NCBI GenBank assembly: GCA_951406725.2
Contig: OX597826.1
Location: 35,340,001 to 35,404,000 of the forward strand
Source of the DNA: Octopus vulgaris
Lineage: Eukaryota
Length of the DNA: 64,000 nucleotides
Reading direction: 5' to 3'
Shown: positions 12,613-26,112 of the stretch, piece after piece
Numbering within the stretch: the first letter of the stretch is position 1
Layout of the letters: each line of letters starts with the position of its first letter
Made by a program: the position numbers and the translations under genes
Notes under the pieces: model-generated
The model's database searches: none
Seen by the model: the letters and a program-made list of their open reading frames with translations, nothing else
Told to the model about the DNA's origin: nothing

Positions 12613-13872
12613 TTATATATTTATATATATATATTTACACACACAGAGACGGGCAGAAAGACGGAAAATGCGCTTTGTATTTGAATACACTTCAAATATT
12701 CTTTAAAAAATCATTTCATTTAATTTTTTCAAAATTTAATTCTTTTCCATACTTAAAGTTGAAAAAGTCGCACTGACTGAAACCGATACTGAAATGTTTT
12801 TTATGATAAAATTATTTTAGTATTTTCTACCTTGACTTTTTTTCCTTATGTAAATACATACATACATATATATATATATATGTATACACACACACTTGTG
12901 TGTAATTATGCAGGAATAACGTACATACATATTGGAAAGTTGAATGGTCTCAGTGATTAGTATGTTCATTCTGAGGGGGAAGCATGGGATCGAGTCATAA
13001 ACACGAGTGATATTCCCTATGAGATACTGCAATATATGCCCCTCCTCTCAATAAAATTATTAGTCTCCGTATAGATGGAACTCCTTCATTCTTTGACAAA
13101 GTCTTACCCTGGTGATTCTATATTCTGTGTACTTCATTCATTTATATGCATCAACACACGCACATGCACAAATGTGTGTGTCTAGTGTGTATGTTTACGT
13201 GTGTATATATATATATATATATATATACATATATATATAAACATACATATATATATATATATGGGCATGCAAAGAAATATATGTACATATAGATATGCAC
13301 ATATGCTTATATACATATGAGTATATGTCTGTGTGTATATGTGTGTATATCTGTATCTATATCTGTGTGTATATCCCTATGTGTGCGTGTGTGTACGTGA
13401 TAAAGTGTGTTTTTCAGGGCAAGTGAGTGGGTGTATATGTCTATTTTGGTTATGTATCATCTGTTCATTAAAAGTTGGCAGCCATTGATATAAATATAAT
13501 GACAATGCCATCTAAGCAAATGGTTATATGAATTTGATAGCTGGCTAAATTTATTAATCCTGGAGATAAAAGGTTTGTGAATAATAACATCAATATCATT
13601 TACAAACATCACATATCAATATAATGAACACGCACACTCATATACACACACGGAGAAACATTCCTGCATTTAGATATATATATAATGTGATTCTTTGATC
13701 TCTGCAGAGCGCAAGTGAAGAAACGCTGGAGGTATTCTTCATGGAAAATTTCTGCATGTCTTTGCACATGTGTCTGCAGATAATTTCATGAACAGTTGCA
13801 TCTATAAATTTTATTAATAGTGCTATATTTTCATTTTGCATACATATATACATATATGCATGCGTGTACGTC

Positions 13873-13935
<63 letters not shown>

Positions 13936-13938
<3 letters not shown>

Positions 13939-15166
13939 TATATCAATAGACGTATGTATTTTTCCCTTAACACAGAAAAAATAGATAAATAGTTACCAGG
14001 GTAGCAAAAAATCACACAAGTAAAAATGTTTTAACTCCTTGTTTTTAAAGGTAGAAACTCTGGGTTTACGTGAAATGTTTTGTATAATATAAATAAATAA
14101 ATAAATATATAGAGTTAAACACAGGTGTTATTCAGATTCTTTTACTTCTGACACGTTTCGAAGATATGACTGGTATTATTCCAAATGAATACGATGGTGT
14201 AAAATAATGTAATCTTCTCTTCAGGGAAATGAAGAAATGAAACTCATCAATAAGACATCTTAACAGAATATGATGGATATGTATAGTGATTAATTGAATG
14301 CTATTAAGTTTTTAAAAAAACGTTAGAGGATATAACGTCAAAGGTAGCCTATAAAAAGAAGAGGAGTAAAGGAAAGAAAAAAACCAAATAAATGAGAAGT
14401 ATATAACGATATGTAAAATTAAATAAAACCCTAAAGTCTTAGAAAAAGATATATCTAGTAAATGTGAAATGTAAGAAGAAAATTAATGTTTAAATTACAT
14501 ATAATGATAGATATCACCTGTATGAACTAAAGGTTTGTTTCTGCCAATGTTTACATCAGTATGCACGCTCTTTAACCGTGTTTACAAGGGTATTTTTTAG
14601 AAAAAAGCATAAAAAATAGTTCAGAATTACAGAGAAGACAGAATTCCTTGCCTTTATCATAAGGTATCAAAATTGAGTGACAACCAATCTAAATTAAATT
14701 GTTTATTCTTGTCTTTTAGATACCAAATTAATTTCCTAAGCCCTGTATTGTTACGTTTATTCCTATCCCTAAATGTAGAGTAATTATTAGAAATTATTTT
14801 AGATAACTGAGAAGATGAGCTACCTATTTTAAAAAATACTTCATTACCAGAAGTAAGTTTACACTGGTATATAAAAATTTTAATTTTAGAGTTACTTGAC
14901 ATAAACTTGGTTCTGTTGTAATTGACTTCAGAGACAATAAACTCGTTATTAATATTTCTAGGAGGATGGATGGTATTAGCTAAATTAATGTTAGTATTAG
15001 TAAATGTATCCCTATTTAACAGGCTAATACTATGTGAGGAGATAATTTGTAAGAGATTTTTTGTGTTGGAAAAACCAATCCTAAACATGTGTGAGTTGAT
15101 AATAGAATAATGCCTAGAATTCTTCGGAAAATTCCTAATAATGGCTTCACGAAACTGCAAAGGAAG

Positions 15167-15170
<4 letters not shown>
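13936..15170 (-). mobile_element. Penelope-like (Naiad-type) retroelement, 5'-truncated and decayed: GIY-YIG region plus 3' pLTR
   Basis: ORF 14657-15160 is homologous to 45443-46681 (NFPKNS..YS..NSH..RI.FSNTKNL.QII.SH; IYQCK; TGL.KLIW.LKD); HHR downstream; (TA)n on both sides. Confidence 0.88.
14143..14230 (-). ncRNA. Type I hammerhead ribozyme motif in Penelope pLTR
   Basis: Minus strand: CTGAAGA-GAAGAT..(long loop)..ATCTTC-GAAAC-GT-GTC. Confidence 0.75.
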
Positions 15171-15206
<36 letters not shown>

Positions 15207-15247
15207 CTTATATATAATCTATATATAATCTATATATATATATAGAG

Positions 15248-15248
<1 letters not shown>

Positions 15249-15327
<79 letters not shown>
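15249..15327. repeat. (GATA)n microsatellite
   Basis: Directly visible. Confidence 0.97.
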
Positions 15328-15328
<1 letters not shown>

Positions 15329-15828
15329 TTACTTACACACACACATGTATTTACATATATTTTTTCACACATACTTTTGTAAAAAGCCTGATCCTTCGAC
15401 GTTGTTGTAGAGACCACTTGCCCAAGGTACCTCACTGTGGGAGAGAGTACATGGTTACATAGCAGCAAAGAGAGAGAGAGAGAGCTTGAGCTTTAACTAC
15501 AGAAAACATTCTTGCACCTCTGTATTTATTATTTCCACAAAATGTACAACACACTGAATTCTACAGCTCCAACATTTCATTTATAATTAACAGAGACACA
15601 TGTCATCCAAAAACCTAGACATTATGATGCCATCGTTTCTAGATTTTACAAAACATTTCTTCGTAATAATTCTTACGTATACAAAATATACATGTATTGT
15701 GTAACTCAGCACACACCAACTTCATACATTGCTTCACACAAATACATAGAAAGATACATACATGTTGGTATATATATATATATATATCCTATCTATCTAT
15801 CTGTCGTCATTATACAACATGCATATAC

Positions 15829-15885
<57 letters not shown>

Positions 15886-16062
15886 GAGAGTGAGAGAGAG
15901 AGAGAGAGAGAGATCTATATACCAAGAATTGGAGTGTGCATGTATGTATATTGTTTATTCATGAATACTGTCTTTCAAGTGAAACATTCTATTCAATTCA
16001 TTCTTTAGAAACCTTTTAAATAATATATTTATTGGGAAAAGTATGTATTTATCTTGTGTGTT

Positions 16063-16130
<68 letters not shown>

Positions 16131-17049
16131 TTGATAGATAGACAGACAAACATGCAGACAGATATATATATATATATATATGCATATTCACATAACATAC
16201 ATGTATGTGTATATTTATGTAGATGCAAGTCTCAGTGTATTTGTTGTGGGTCTGTCTGTCTATACTCATCGATGCATTTGTGAGTGTGTGTGTGTCTTCA
16301 TGTATAGGTCTGTATTCATGTGCACATGTGTGTACGAGCGTACATATAATCCATTTCCAATATAGATATATGAATAGCTATAATTAATACCCTCGTGCAT
16401 GCTTGTATGCATTTCATTCCAGTTTCTCTCTGTGTGTTCAGTTTACAATGCAAATCGTATTTAAATGTCTCGCACAATGGGTTTCATATATGTATTTATA
16501 AACTCATTTATATATTATCTATGATATCGTAATGAGGGATTGTACTTAAATCTTTCTTTAAATCAATATTATTTAAAAATTTTTCACCTGCATCATAATC
16601 TTACTTGCCTAGCTACATGCATCTCATGCCATGTATGTTATGTCTATCTCTTGGAGACACTAGTTTCGTGGTTTTCTTTGCGCATTGTTTCTCGCTAGAT
16701 TTTGTCTGAAGCAGATCTTTAGGCATACAACACACGATATCATCTACAGCTGTGATCCAATACGTCATGTTAGAAACTAGATTCAGCCTGAACTAGATAT
16801 TGTAAGTTAAATGCCATCAACCGTTACTCAAGCCCCCGTTTCAGGAAAACCTTACAACTAGCAACATATTTTGTGCTTCTTGTTCATTTCTATTCTTTTA
16901 TCATTTTTCTTTTCTCTATTCATATGTCAGTGATGTGTGTGTGTGTGTTGTATGTGTGTGTTTCTGAATTCTCATACTCTGAATCTTGAGGTATTAAACT
17001 GTGTCTGCTGCATGCACACAGCTTATCTCCCTACAAAAACCGGATGCTC

Positions 17050-17270
17050 TCTATTACAAGGATACAAACTAGAGAGAGGTAGACTGTATGGCCTCAGGGT
17101 ATATACAAAGATAAGTACAGATGGGAGACAAAATGAAACTTGTTCGTGCAATCAGGGTAGGCAGAACACAAGATGGATTGATGAGATCAATAAGTTTACA
17201 GGAGTTACACTGATGAGAGCAACTTAGTGCATAGCTTGGAGAGGCTTTCCTTGAAGTGAGTAGATTAGTT
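17050..17270 (+). mobile_element. RTE-clade LINE 3'-end remnant (different family)
   Basis: Translates as GRQNTRWIDEINKFTGVTLMRA, matching the RTE C-terminal GRxxxRWxDEI motif. Confidence 0.55.
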
Positions 17271-17446
17271 GGATTCGAAATATATATATATACATCCATA
17301 CAGACAGACACACACACACACACAAACACACACACGTCATGTGTCGGTAGCCAGTGGGAAAATGTTTCCTGGTGCTAAAGAGTAGTAATAACGTCCTATG
17401 TAAAACTGCCACGTTGCGTTGGCAAACATACTTTACTATATATATA

Positions 17447-18547
17447 AACTAGCATTAAAGACCCGTCGTTGCCGGGTCATAGTGCAAGTGCATGTATATA
17501 TGTGTATAAAAAAAAAGTGTACATATTACATGTACATCTATATATATACATCTAAACATAAAATGCAAAATACAAAGTTATATCTTGATATCGCTAGTGA
17601 TAACAATACTCAGAATATATAACAGACTGGAATTGTTAGCCCGTCTCTTGTAATTTCAATCAATTGTATCTTGTCCTCCCTTTTGTATAGAAGTGTGGCT
17701 ACAATCCAGCCTACGTCTACTTCTGGGGTGGGGGGCATTTTTAATGTTTTTCCAGGACGTCCTACGTCCCAGATATAAAGGTAAAGATAAAATATTTCGA
17801 CTTTGCAAGTTCGAGTCGAGTACTCCCTTGCACGATCCGTTGACTCGAACCTTGCTTCTGTTGTGGCGAATTTACCGACTCTGATTAGATATCTTTCATA
17901 GTCGCACCAAGACACTTTTCGAAGGTGCTTTCCTCCATGTGTTCAAATCTGTTTTCTCTACATTGTATACTTTATAGACAATAGTATTTTCTTTAATTTA
18001 ATTTTTTATTATCCATCTGGACTATTCCATTTCTGCACGCTAATTTTATTTTTAATTTATTTCCATTCATGTGAAACCACTTATTCAAGTTCAAATCATT
18101 GATGCAATTTTATACCAATTGCTATTTTTACTTTTGTTATATTACGATTATATTATACTTTAGTTTGATTTTAATTATTACTTACTACATATAATTCAAT
18201 TGTTATTATTATTTTTATTATTAAAGTGAAAGCATCTGACATAAATTAGAGAAATATTTTTGTTTCACTTTTAACACGTAATATTGAAATAGTGGAGAAG
18301 ATATGATATTGCTATGGGCTCGCTCTAGGCAAGAAGTTGAACATTTTTTTTTGCCAATGAATGAAACTACATGGACCCTAAGTAAGGCATGTGTAAAATT
18401 TGAATGAAATTAGTTTTGTAGTTCTCAAGTTTTAGGGAATCGTATTGGAGAAGATATGATATTGCTGTGGGCTCGCGCTAGGCAGAAAGTTAAAACATTT
18501 TTTTGCCGATGACACTCCCCGGACCCTAAGTAATATATATATATATA
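17447..18547. mobile_element. Helitron/Helentron-like non-autonomous element
   Basis: Starts ACTAGC..ACCCGTCGTTGCCGGGT (terminal hairpin type); other end has GTGTAAAATTTGAATGAAATT..GTAGTTCTCAAGTT and a direct duplication (18293-18385 / 18447-18533). Confidence 0.45.
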
Positions 18548-19752
18548 AAGTCGATCATGGAATGATATGTCACAAACTGCGTGATCTTGACATAGAAAAT
18601 TGGGAGAATGGCTTCATGACTTTCTGAAGGATAGAATTCAGGTGGTAGTAGCCAATGGGGCCACCTCCATTAACACACAAATAGTGAGCGGTGTTCCGCA
18701 AGGCACTGTTTTGAGACCACTACTGTTCATAATGGCCCTCTCAGACATACCCTCAGCACACGCAGAGAGCCACGATCACAAGTTATGCAGATGATACAAA
18801 AGTTTCACAGGCAATACAAAACCCTGAAGACACTATGCACCTGGACAAAGTGGGCTGAACAGAATAGCATGCAGTTCAATGCTGAAAGGTTTCAAGCTTT
18901 ATGCTATTAGCATACAAAACTAAGTGTAATACCCAATAAATACACTGGACTTGGAGGGATTGCAATTCCAGAGGCACAATCAGTGCGAGTCCTGGTTATT
19001 TACATGAGTAATGATGCAACCTTTCATGTGCATGTTGGTAAATTGGCAGTGAAATGTAGGCGGCTGACCGGATGGATTCTTCGAACCTTTAGACCAAGAG
19101 ACCAGGAAACCATGATGGTCCTATGGAGGACACTTGTTCTAAGCCACTTTGACTATTGCTCTCAGCTATGGTCACCATCCAGTGTCAAGTTAATCACAGA
19201 ACTTGAGGCGATCCAACGAAGCTACGCGAAGAATATAGCCTCTGTTCAGTATATAAGCTACTCCGAAAGACTCAAGAGATTAAGACTCTATTCCTTAGGG
19301 CGTAGGCGAGAAAGATATGCCATAATATACATCTGGAAGGACTTGTCCTAAGCTTTGGCATCGAGAGTTACACAAATACTAGAACTGGGCGCCACTGCAT
19401 AGTGCCAAGGACTCCAAATTTGCTATCAAGATGTAGGACAAGATACTGTGATAGCCTGGGCTTCAGAGGTCCATAGCTCTTCAATATCCTCCTGAGAGAC
19501 CTGCATGGGGTGGATGCAAATGTATTTAAAATAAAACTAGTTCTCTTCCTGTCAGGTGTCCCAGATGAACCAACTTCGCGGCAGGAGGTGCAGATGAGAA
19601 CAGCTGCATCGAACTCTCTCATGCACCAAACGGCAATTGCTAAAATGTTTTCGTGAAGAAAAATCATGTAGCAACGCCGAATGGCAGTGCCCCAGCATGG
19701 CCACGGCTCGTGAGCTGAAACTAGATAATATATAAAAAATAAATAAATAAAT
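18548..19752 (+). mobile_element. CR1-clade LINE, 5'-truncated, frameshifted RT plus 3' end
   Basis: KVDHG, W..DFL.DR.Q.V, SGVPQGTVL.PLLF, YADDTK, WILRTF, DYCSQLWSP, E.IQR, LYSL.RRRER; ends in a stem-loop and (TAAA)n. Confidence 0.93.
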
Positions 19753-19935
19753 AAATATGTGTATATAAATATATGTGTATATATATGTGTATATATATGT
19801 GTGTATATATATATATATATATGTATATACATGTGTGTGTATATATATATATATGTATACATATATATATGTATATATATGTATATATATATGTATGAAT
19901 ATATATATATATAATATATATATATATATATACAT

Positions 19936-20016
<81 letters not shown>

Positions 20017-20539
20017 CATATGTGTGTGTGTGCGCACGCGTGAGCATCAATTTATGTGTGTCCAATATACATGGTAAAGCATTTTCGTTATTCCAACGCC
20101 TTCGTCCAGTAGCTCAATAACCATCTGTAAGAAAATAAATCTGCTACTGTACTCATGCCGTGTTATATTGAGGCAGCAATCTACGTTCTTGAATCTTTGG
20201 AGAAGTAGCCCAATTCTGGGCATCTATGACCAGGACAAAGTAAGACACAAAGAGGTGATCAGAAGAGCAGGCATTTGAAGTTTTCAGAAGATGTTGACTG
20301 AGCGGTAAATGCAGATTACTTGCCATGGGTTTCGATTACTGCATGTAAAACATAACGGTGGAGGGAGTGTACATTGGCAGAGGAAAGTGACTGAGAACAG
20401 CAAGTAAGATGCGGTGCAGTGTATTCTGGGACAACAAAATAGCAATCAGCATATTTGGATAAGGCTTGCTGCCTGTTGCGCATCCAGCAATTGGGTATCT
20501 TAGAGTTAAGATATACAACTGTATATACATAGATACATT

Positions 20540-20595
20540 CATACATACATACATACATACATACATACATACATACATACATACATACATACATA
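20540..20595. repeat. (TACA)n microsatellite
   Basis: Directly visible. Confidence 0.95.
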
Positions 20596-20773
20596 GGTAT
20601 GTAGACATGTGTGTATGTACATATGTATGTATGCTTGTATGTATTTATAATAACCTTTATATCTTCCTGAAGTTAGTTTATTTTAGAGCACCATTTTACT
20701 GCTATATTCGCTTGGATAAAATCACTTATGTGTATATATGTAAGTGTATATTAATGTATTTTACATACATATA

Positions 20774-21877
20774 CCGTGCGTTCGGGCTAAATTTAATAAT
20801 TCTTATGTCTACTGTTTTTAAGGAAGTTTGATGCATTGGTGAATAGCCACTGTTGTTAGAGGGTATAAATATTAAAGCTGAGAAAAAGTTCTCTGACATG
20901 GAGGATTGAAAATCATCAGAACATACTTTTCTACTCTGGGCACTAGGCCTGAAATTGTGGGGAAAGGGGACAGTTGACTAGATCGACCCCGGTCCACAAC
21001 TGGTACTTTATTTATCGACCCCAAAAGGATAAAAGGCAAAGTCGATCTCAGCAGAATTTGAATTCAGAGCGTAAAAACAGACATAATACTGCTAAACATT
21101 TCGCCTGGCGTGCTAATGTTTCCGCCAGCACGCCGACCTGAGCGAAATCATTTGAATATTGCGAAAGATTTAGCTGTGCCATGAATTGCATCTGGTTGTG
21201 TTATCAATATGCTGATATGCTGACTACTGTTCAGTGCTCTGTAAACACTGTAAAGGCTTTAAGATCTGATATGGACAGCTGCAATGGAGACTACAAAGCC
21301 ATGGCCAGAATGAGGAGCACAGTAGGAGTTCAACCTGCGTCCGTACGCCAGAATTTATCCTCACATCTCTGAGCAGTGCATTAGACTCAATTCATACAGC
21401 TAAGTCCAGTTGCTGGAGATTCGTCAATCAGTGGCTTGTGAGGATTGCAGCTGGAAGGCTAACTGTGTGACAGTAGCATTTGGCTCCTTGCCATACCTCT
21501 GGAAGTAGTCACAACGACAATCGGACAATTTCTAGTTCACTAGCCCCAGTTACTCACTTCCAAATTCCCCTGACTCTAATCTCAAGGATTATTATGTGTG
21601 AGAAGTCAACCACTCTGCCAGCATCATCAAGACCGAGCTGGTGGCGAGGACCAAAAGTTGTTGGAAGATTTCACCGGGAAAACAATGCAGAACACGTGCA
21701 CCATGTTCAGGAACCGTCTTCAGTCCACATTGGAATACAAGGGCGGCTATTTTGAGTAAATTGTTAACTCCCAACCATAATCTGTATATGTTTTGACTTT
21801 TAAAAATATTTTATTTCGGTATCTATACTCTGTTTCTTTTCCTTTTATGCTGTCAAATTTATCCCAAACACACTCTG
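20774..21877 (+). mobile_element. Tc1/mariner (DD37D/maT-like) fossil, internally deleted, with nested SINE
   Basis: 21470-21758 translates across frameshifts as APCHTS..PNSPD.N..DYYV..FRNRL....KGGYFE*; decayed TIRs GTGCGTTCGGGCTAAATTT / AAATTTATCCCAAACAC. Confidence 0.65.
20926..21138 (-). mobile_element. SINE family A (tail type 2)
   Basis: Reverse complement aligns with 38107-38320 and the head of 42596-42825. Confidence 0.85.
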
Positions 21878-22179
21878 TGCACACATATAACAACTATTTC
21901 TACACAAGATATCATACATTAGATAACCTTATTTCAAACTGATGCACTTAACGTATAATTTGCAGTAAAAATTTAAACATTTGTAAATACATTCTGAATT
22001 TCTTTTCACAGACAGACATTTGAATAAGTTATGCTACTTTTTTTGTTATTTCTTCCTGAGCAGAATAATGAGGCTGAGTGTTACTGAACCGGGAAAATCT
22101 ACCAGCAATTGCACCCTTACGTTTTCCATGCAGAAAGAATGACAAAAAATGAATTTAAAATCTTTAGGGTAACAGCCTC

Positions 22180-22223
<44 letters not shown>

Positions 22224-22319
22224 TAGTAAGAGAAAGAGAGTGGAGGAGAGAGAAACAGAAGATTAAGGGATTCTCAAATGTAGGATAGCTGTGGGAATAG
22301 CTTAGAAGAATGGATAAAT

Positions 22320-22969
<650 letters not shown>

Positions 22970-22976
22970 TATACGC

Positions 22977-23340
22977 ACAAGAGTTCAGGAATGGAGTAGA
23001 TAAGATCTGGTCTACATATGCTTCATAGCGAGCAAAACCTCAAAAGTGGTAAATATCAAAGCGAGGTGTTATACCCCAGGTCACTCTTGAGGCCAAGGAT
23101 ATCTTGATTAAATGAAAGTTTATATTGTCACAAGAAGATACATGCTAACACGTAGAAGGCCTGAAGATTAGCCTGTGATATACACTTCGCTTGGATATTT
23201 ACCACTTCCGAGGTACCGCTCGCTATGAAACCTATGTATCCCGGATTTTATCTACTACTTTCCTTAACTCTTGTATTGTTATTCGCATACCCAATAACCC
23301 TGGTTGCCTAATGGAAAATATAAAATGAGCTTTTTCCAAT
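22977..23340. mobile_element. Older fold-back element with hammerhead motif in each arm
   Basis: Arms 22977-23094 and 23158-23274 are diverged reverse complements; right arm CTGAAGA..TAGC..GCTA-T-GAAAC-CTAT-GTA. Confidence 0.65.
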
Positions 23341-23576
23341 TTTATGTACTGCCATAAGAAAAATTCACAATTTTCCGTTTCAATAAACTCCTATTGTCAC
23401 TGAAAGTTGTATTTTATATTTACTATGAATTGCTTGATGCTAACTTACTTCATACATCTCAATCCCTGGATCTTTATACATGCATACATATATATATATA
23501 CACACACACATACACACACATATATACACATATATATACATATACATATACATATACAAATATATACATATATATA

Positions 23577-24092
23577 TTCTTGTTTCAGTTTTGACTACGG
23601 CCATGCTGGACCACCGCCTTTAGTCAAATTGACTCCAGGACTTATTCTTTGTAAGCCTAGTACTCATACTATTAGTGTCCTTCGCCGAACTGCTAAGTTA
23701 CAGGGACGTAAACACACTAACATCGGTTGTCAAGGGATGTTGGAGGCACAAATACAGACACACAAACATATATATATATATATATATATAAGGGTAGGAA
23801 ATGTAGAGAAATTTTCATACTGGTGGCCAGCATGCGTAAGAAAGTCAATAGATGACATATTTTCATATAAAATAGTGTACAAACAATTTACGTATTTATA
23901 CACGATGGGCTTCTTTCAGTTTCCGTCTACTAAATCTACTCACAAGGTTTTGATCAGCGCGAGGCTATAGTAGAATACACTTACCTAAAGTGCCACGCAG
24001 TGGGACTGAACCTGGAATCATGTGGTTGGGAAGCAAGCTACTTACCACACATCCACTCCTGCTCCAATACTCGTCATACAGCCACTCCTGCG

Positions 24093-24093
<1 letters not shown>
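23577..24093 (-). mobile_element. SINE family B with a ~110-bp insertion in its (TA)n tract
   Basis: Aligns with 8385-8788; extra segment at 23790-23895. Confidence 0.88.
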
Positions 24094-24162
<69 letters not shown>

Positions 24163-25394
24163 AACAAGTAGACAGGTATTTTATTGTATGTAAGTGCGTA
24201 TGTGTGTGTACGCGTGTGTACACATGCGTCTGAGGCTTGCGTATCAGTCTAAGAGAAACAGGGAGCGTGAAAGATTGTATATAATGTATCGGTGTGTACA
24301 TAGGAATCACACTGTATATAATTGAATAAATCAATCTACTCTATGACGTCTTAAATGACTTTGATGAAGAAATTAACTTCAAATTAGGCAACAAAATATT
24401 CAGTTTGTTTTCAGTTTATTAAGTTTATTTGAAAAAAATATTCAAAAAGAAAAACCATTATGCATTATTATTATTATTATTATTATTGTAATTTTTGTTT
24501 AATTTGTTTTTTTATTATTATAATTTTTAATTTCAGAAAATGTCACATTATCGTCTTGAATTTTTATTTGTACACCTGCTTAATAATTTGGCCAGCTGCT
24601 ATTCATTGCGCTCTATGTGTTCTAAATGGAAAGAGACCAGTTAAGGTGTGAGGGAGAAAAAGTAATTTGCAATTCTGATGTTTGGAATATGATTATTTAG
24701 TTCAGAAAGCACTGCAAAACCTAAAATATGGTTAGCTAATTCTTTGTTAATTTTCTGTCAATATTTCCTTTCTCTTTCGCTTTTCTGTATTATTCGTCCC
24801 GTTTACTTTATTTTCTTCTCTTTTTTTTCTTTTTCTTCTCTATTGCATTCTATTTCTTCATATTATTCACTAAATTTCTTCTTTCGCTCTGTTTTCTTTC
24901 ATTGTAGATTTCGCTTTTACCTTTTTCTGCTAGGCGTTTTTTTTGGGTTATTTTAGCTTCTTCTTCCCTTTTTAAAAACATTAATGATAAATTGTTATTT
25001 TCGCTTTTACACTTACATTTTTTTTTATATTTGAATTTATTCTGGGAACTGTTTTTGTGTGTTTAAACATTGATGTTGCTTTGAAAAACTTTACAAATTT
25101 GGAGATCAACATGTGTTGCTATGAACAAGAATAGCAGTAATTTTCACTCTCAGTTTATACTCAAACATTGAAAATTCTATTCCATAACAATAACATCAAT
25201 CTTACACTGTTTCCCTTTTCCATGTTCACACACACACATGCGCATATAAATGTTTATGCCTGGGAGACACAGGACATGACAGCCATAATTAGTGACAAAG
25301 GCCACAGGAGAGAACTCGTCCATGTATCTTGGGAATTTTACCCACCCTAGATATATAAAAGGAGCACTCCATCGGTTATGACAATAAGGGTCCC

Positions 25395-25559
25395 GTTACG
25401 TTCAGAGTTCAAATCACGCTGAGGTCGACTTTGCCTTTCATCCTTTCGGGGTCGATAAATTAAGTACCAGTTAAGCACTGGGGTCGATGTAATCGACTTA
25501 ATCCGTTTGTCTGTCCTTGTTTGTCCCCTCTATGTTTAGCCCCTTGTGGGTAATAAAGA

Positions 25560-25561
<2 letters not shown>
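25395..25561 (+). mobile_element. SINE family A, 5'-truncated (tail type 1)
   Basis: Aligns with 42657-42825. Confidence 0.88.
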
Positions 25562-25609
<48 letters not shown>

Positions 25610-25614
25610 CACAT

Positions 25615-25840
25615 GGCGGTGAGCTGGCAGAGCCATTAGCATGCCAGGCGAAATATTTAGCAGTATTTCGTCTGCCGTTACATTCTGAGTTCAAATTCTG
25701 CCAAGGTCGGCTTTGCCTTTCATCCCTTCGGGGTCGATTAAATAAGTACCAGTTACGTACTGAGATCAATGTAATCGACTTAATCTCTTTGTCTGTCCTT
25801 GTTTGTCTTCTCTGTGTTTAGCCCCCTGTGGGCAATAAAC
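25615..25840 (+). mobile_element. SINE family A, full length (tail type 1)
   Basis: GGCGGTGAGCTGGCAGA head, GAGTTCAAATTC B-box; aligns with 42596-42825. Confidence 0.92.
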
Positions 25841-25934
25841 ACACACACACAAACACATATACATGCATGTGCATGTGTATATATATATATATAAATATAA
25901 ACACACACACACACACCACATGCACACACAGTTT

Positions 25935-26112
25935 AAATTTATAGAAAAACAAAAGACAAAAACAGATGTCTGAATAACAAGCAAGTGTAATTGTTTCACA
26001 CTCGGGAAAAATGAAAAAGTCCTTTACATTTCAGGCCTACGCTCAACAGAAAGAAATAAGAAGCAATCAACAAAGAGAGAATAAGAAAAGGTGTAGAGTT
26101 CACCAGTCTAAC
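25935..26112 (-). mobile_element. Short Penelope-type pLTR element (family D), decayed
   Basis: Aligns with 36240-36403. Confidence 0.55.

Noticed and set aside
16655-16790. GAAAC-TAGT-GTC half-hammerhead on the minus strand; also partial cores near 4187 and 34864
   Set aside because: One half of the core is missing, so an HHR cannot be supported.
20080-20505. GC-richer block possibly from an LTR integrase or LINE
   Set aside because: No convincing motif recovered in any frame by eye; needs BLASTx.
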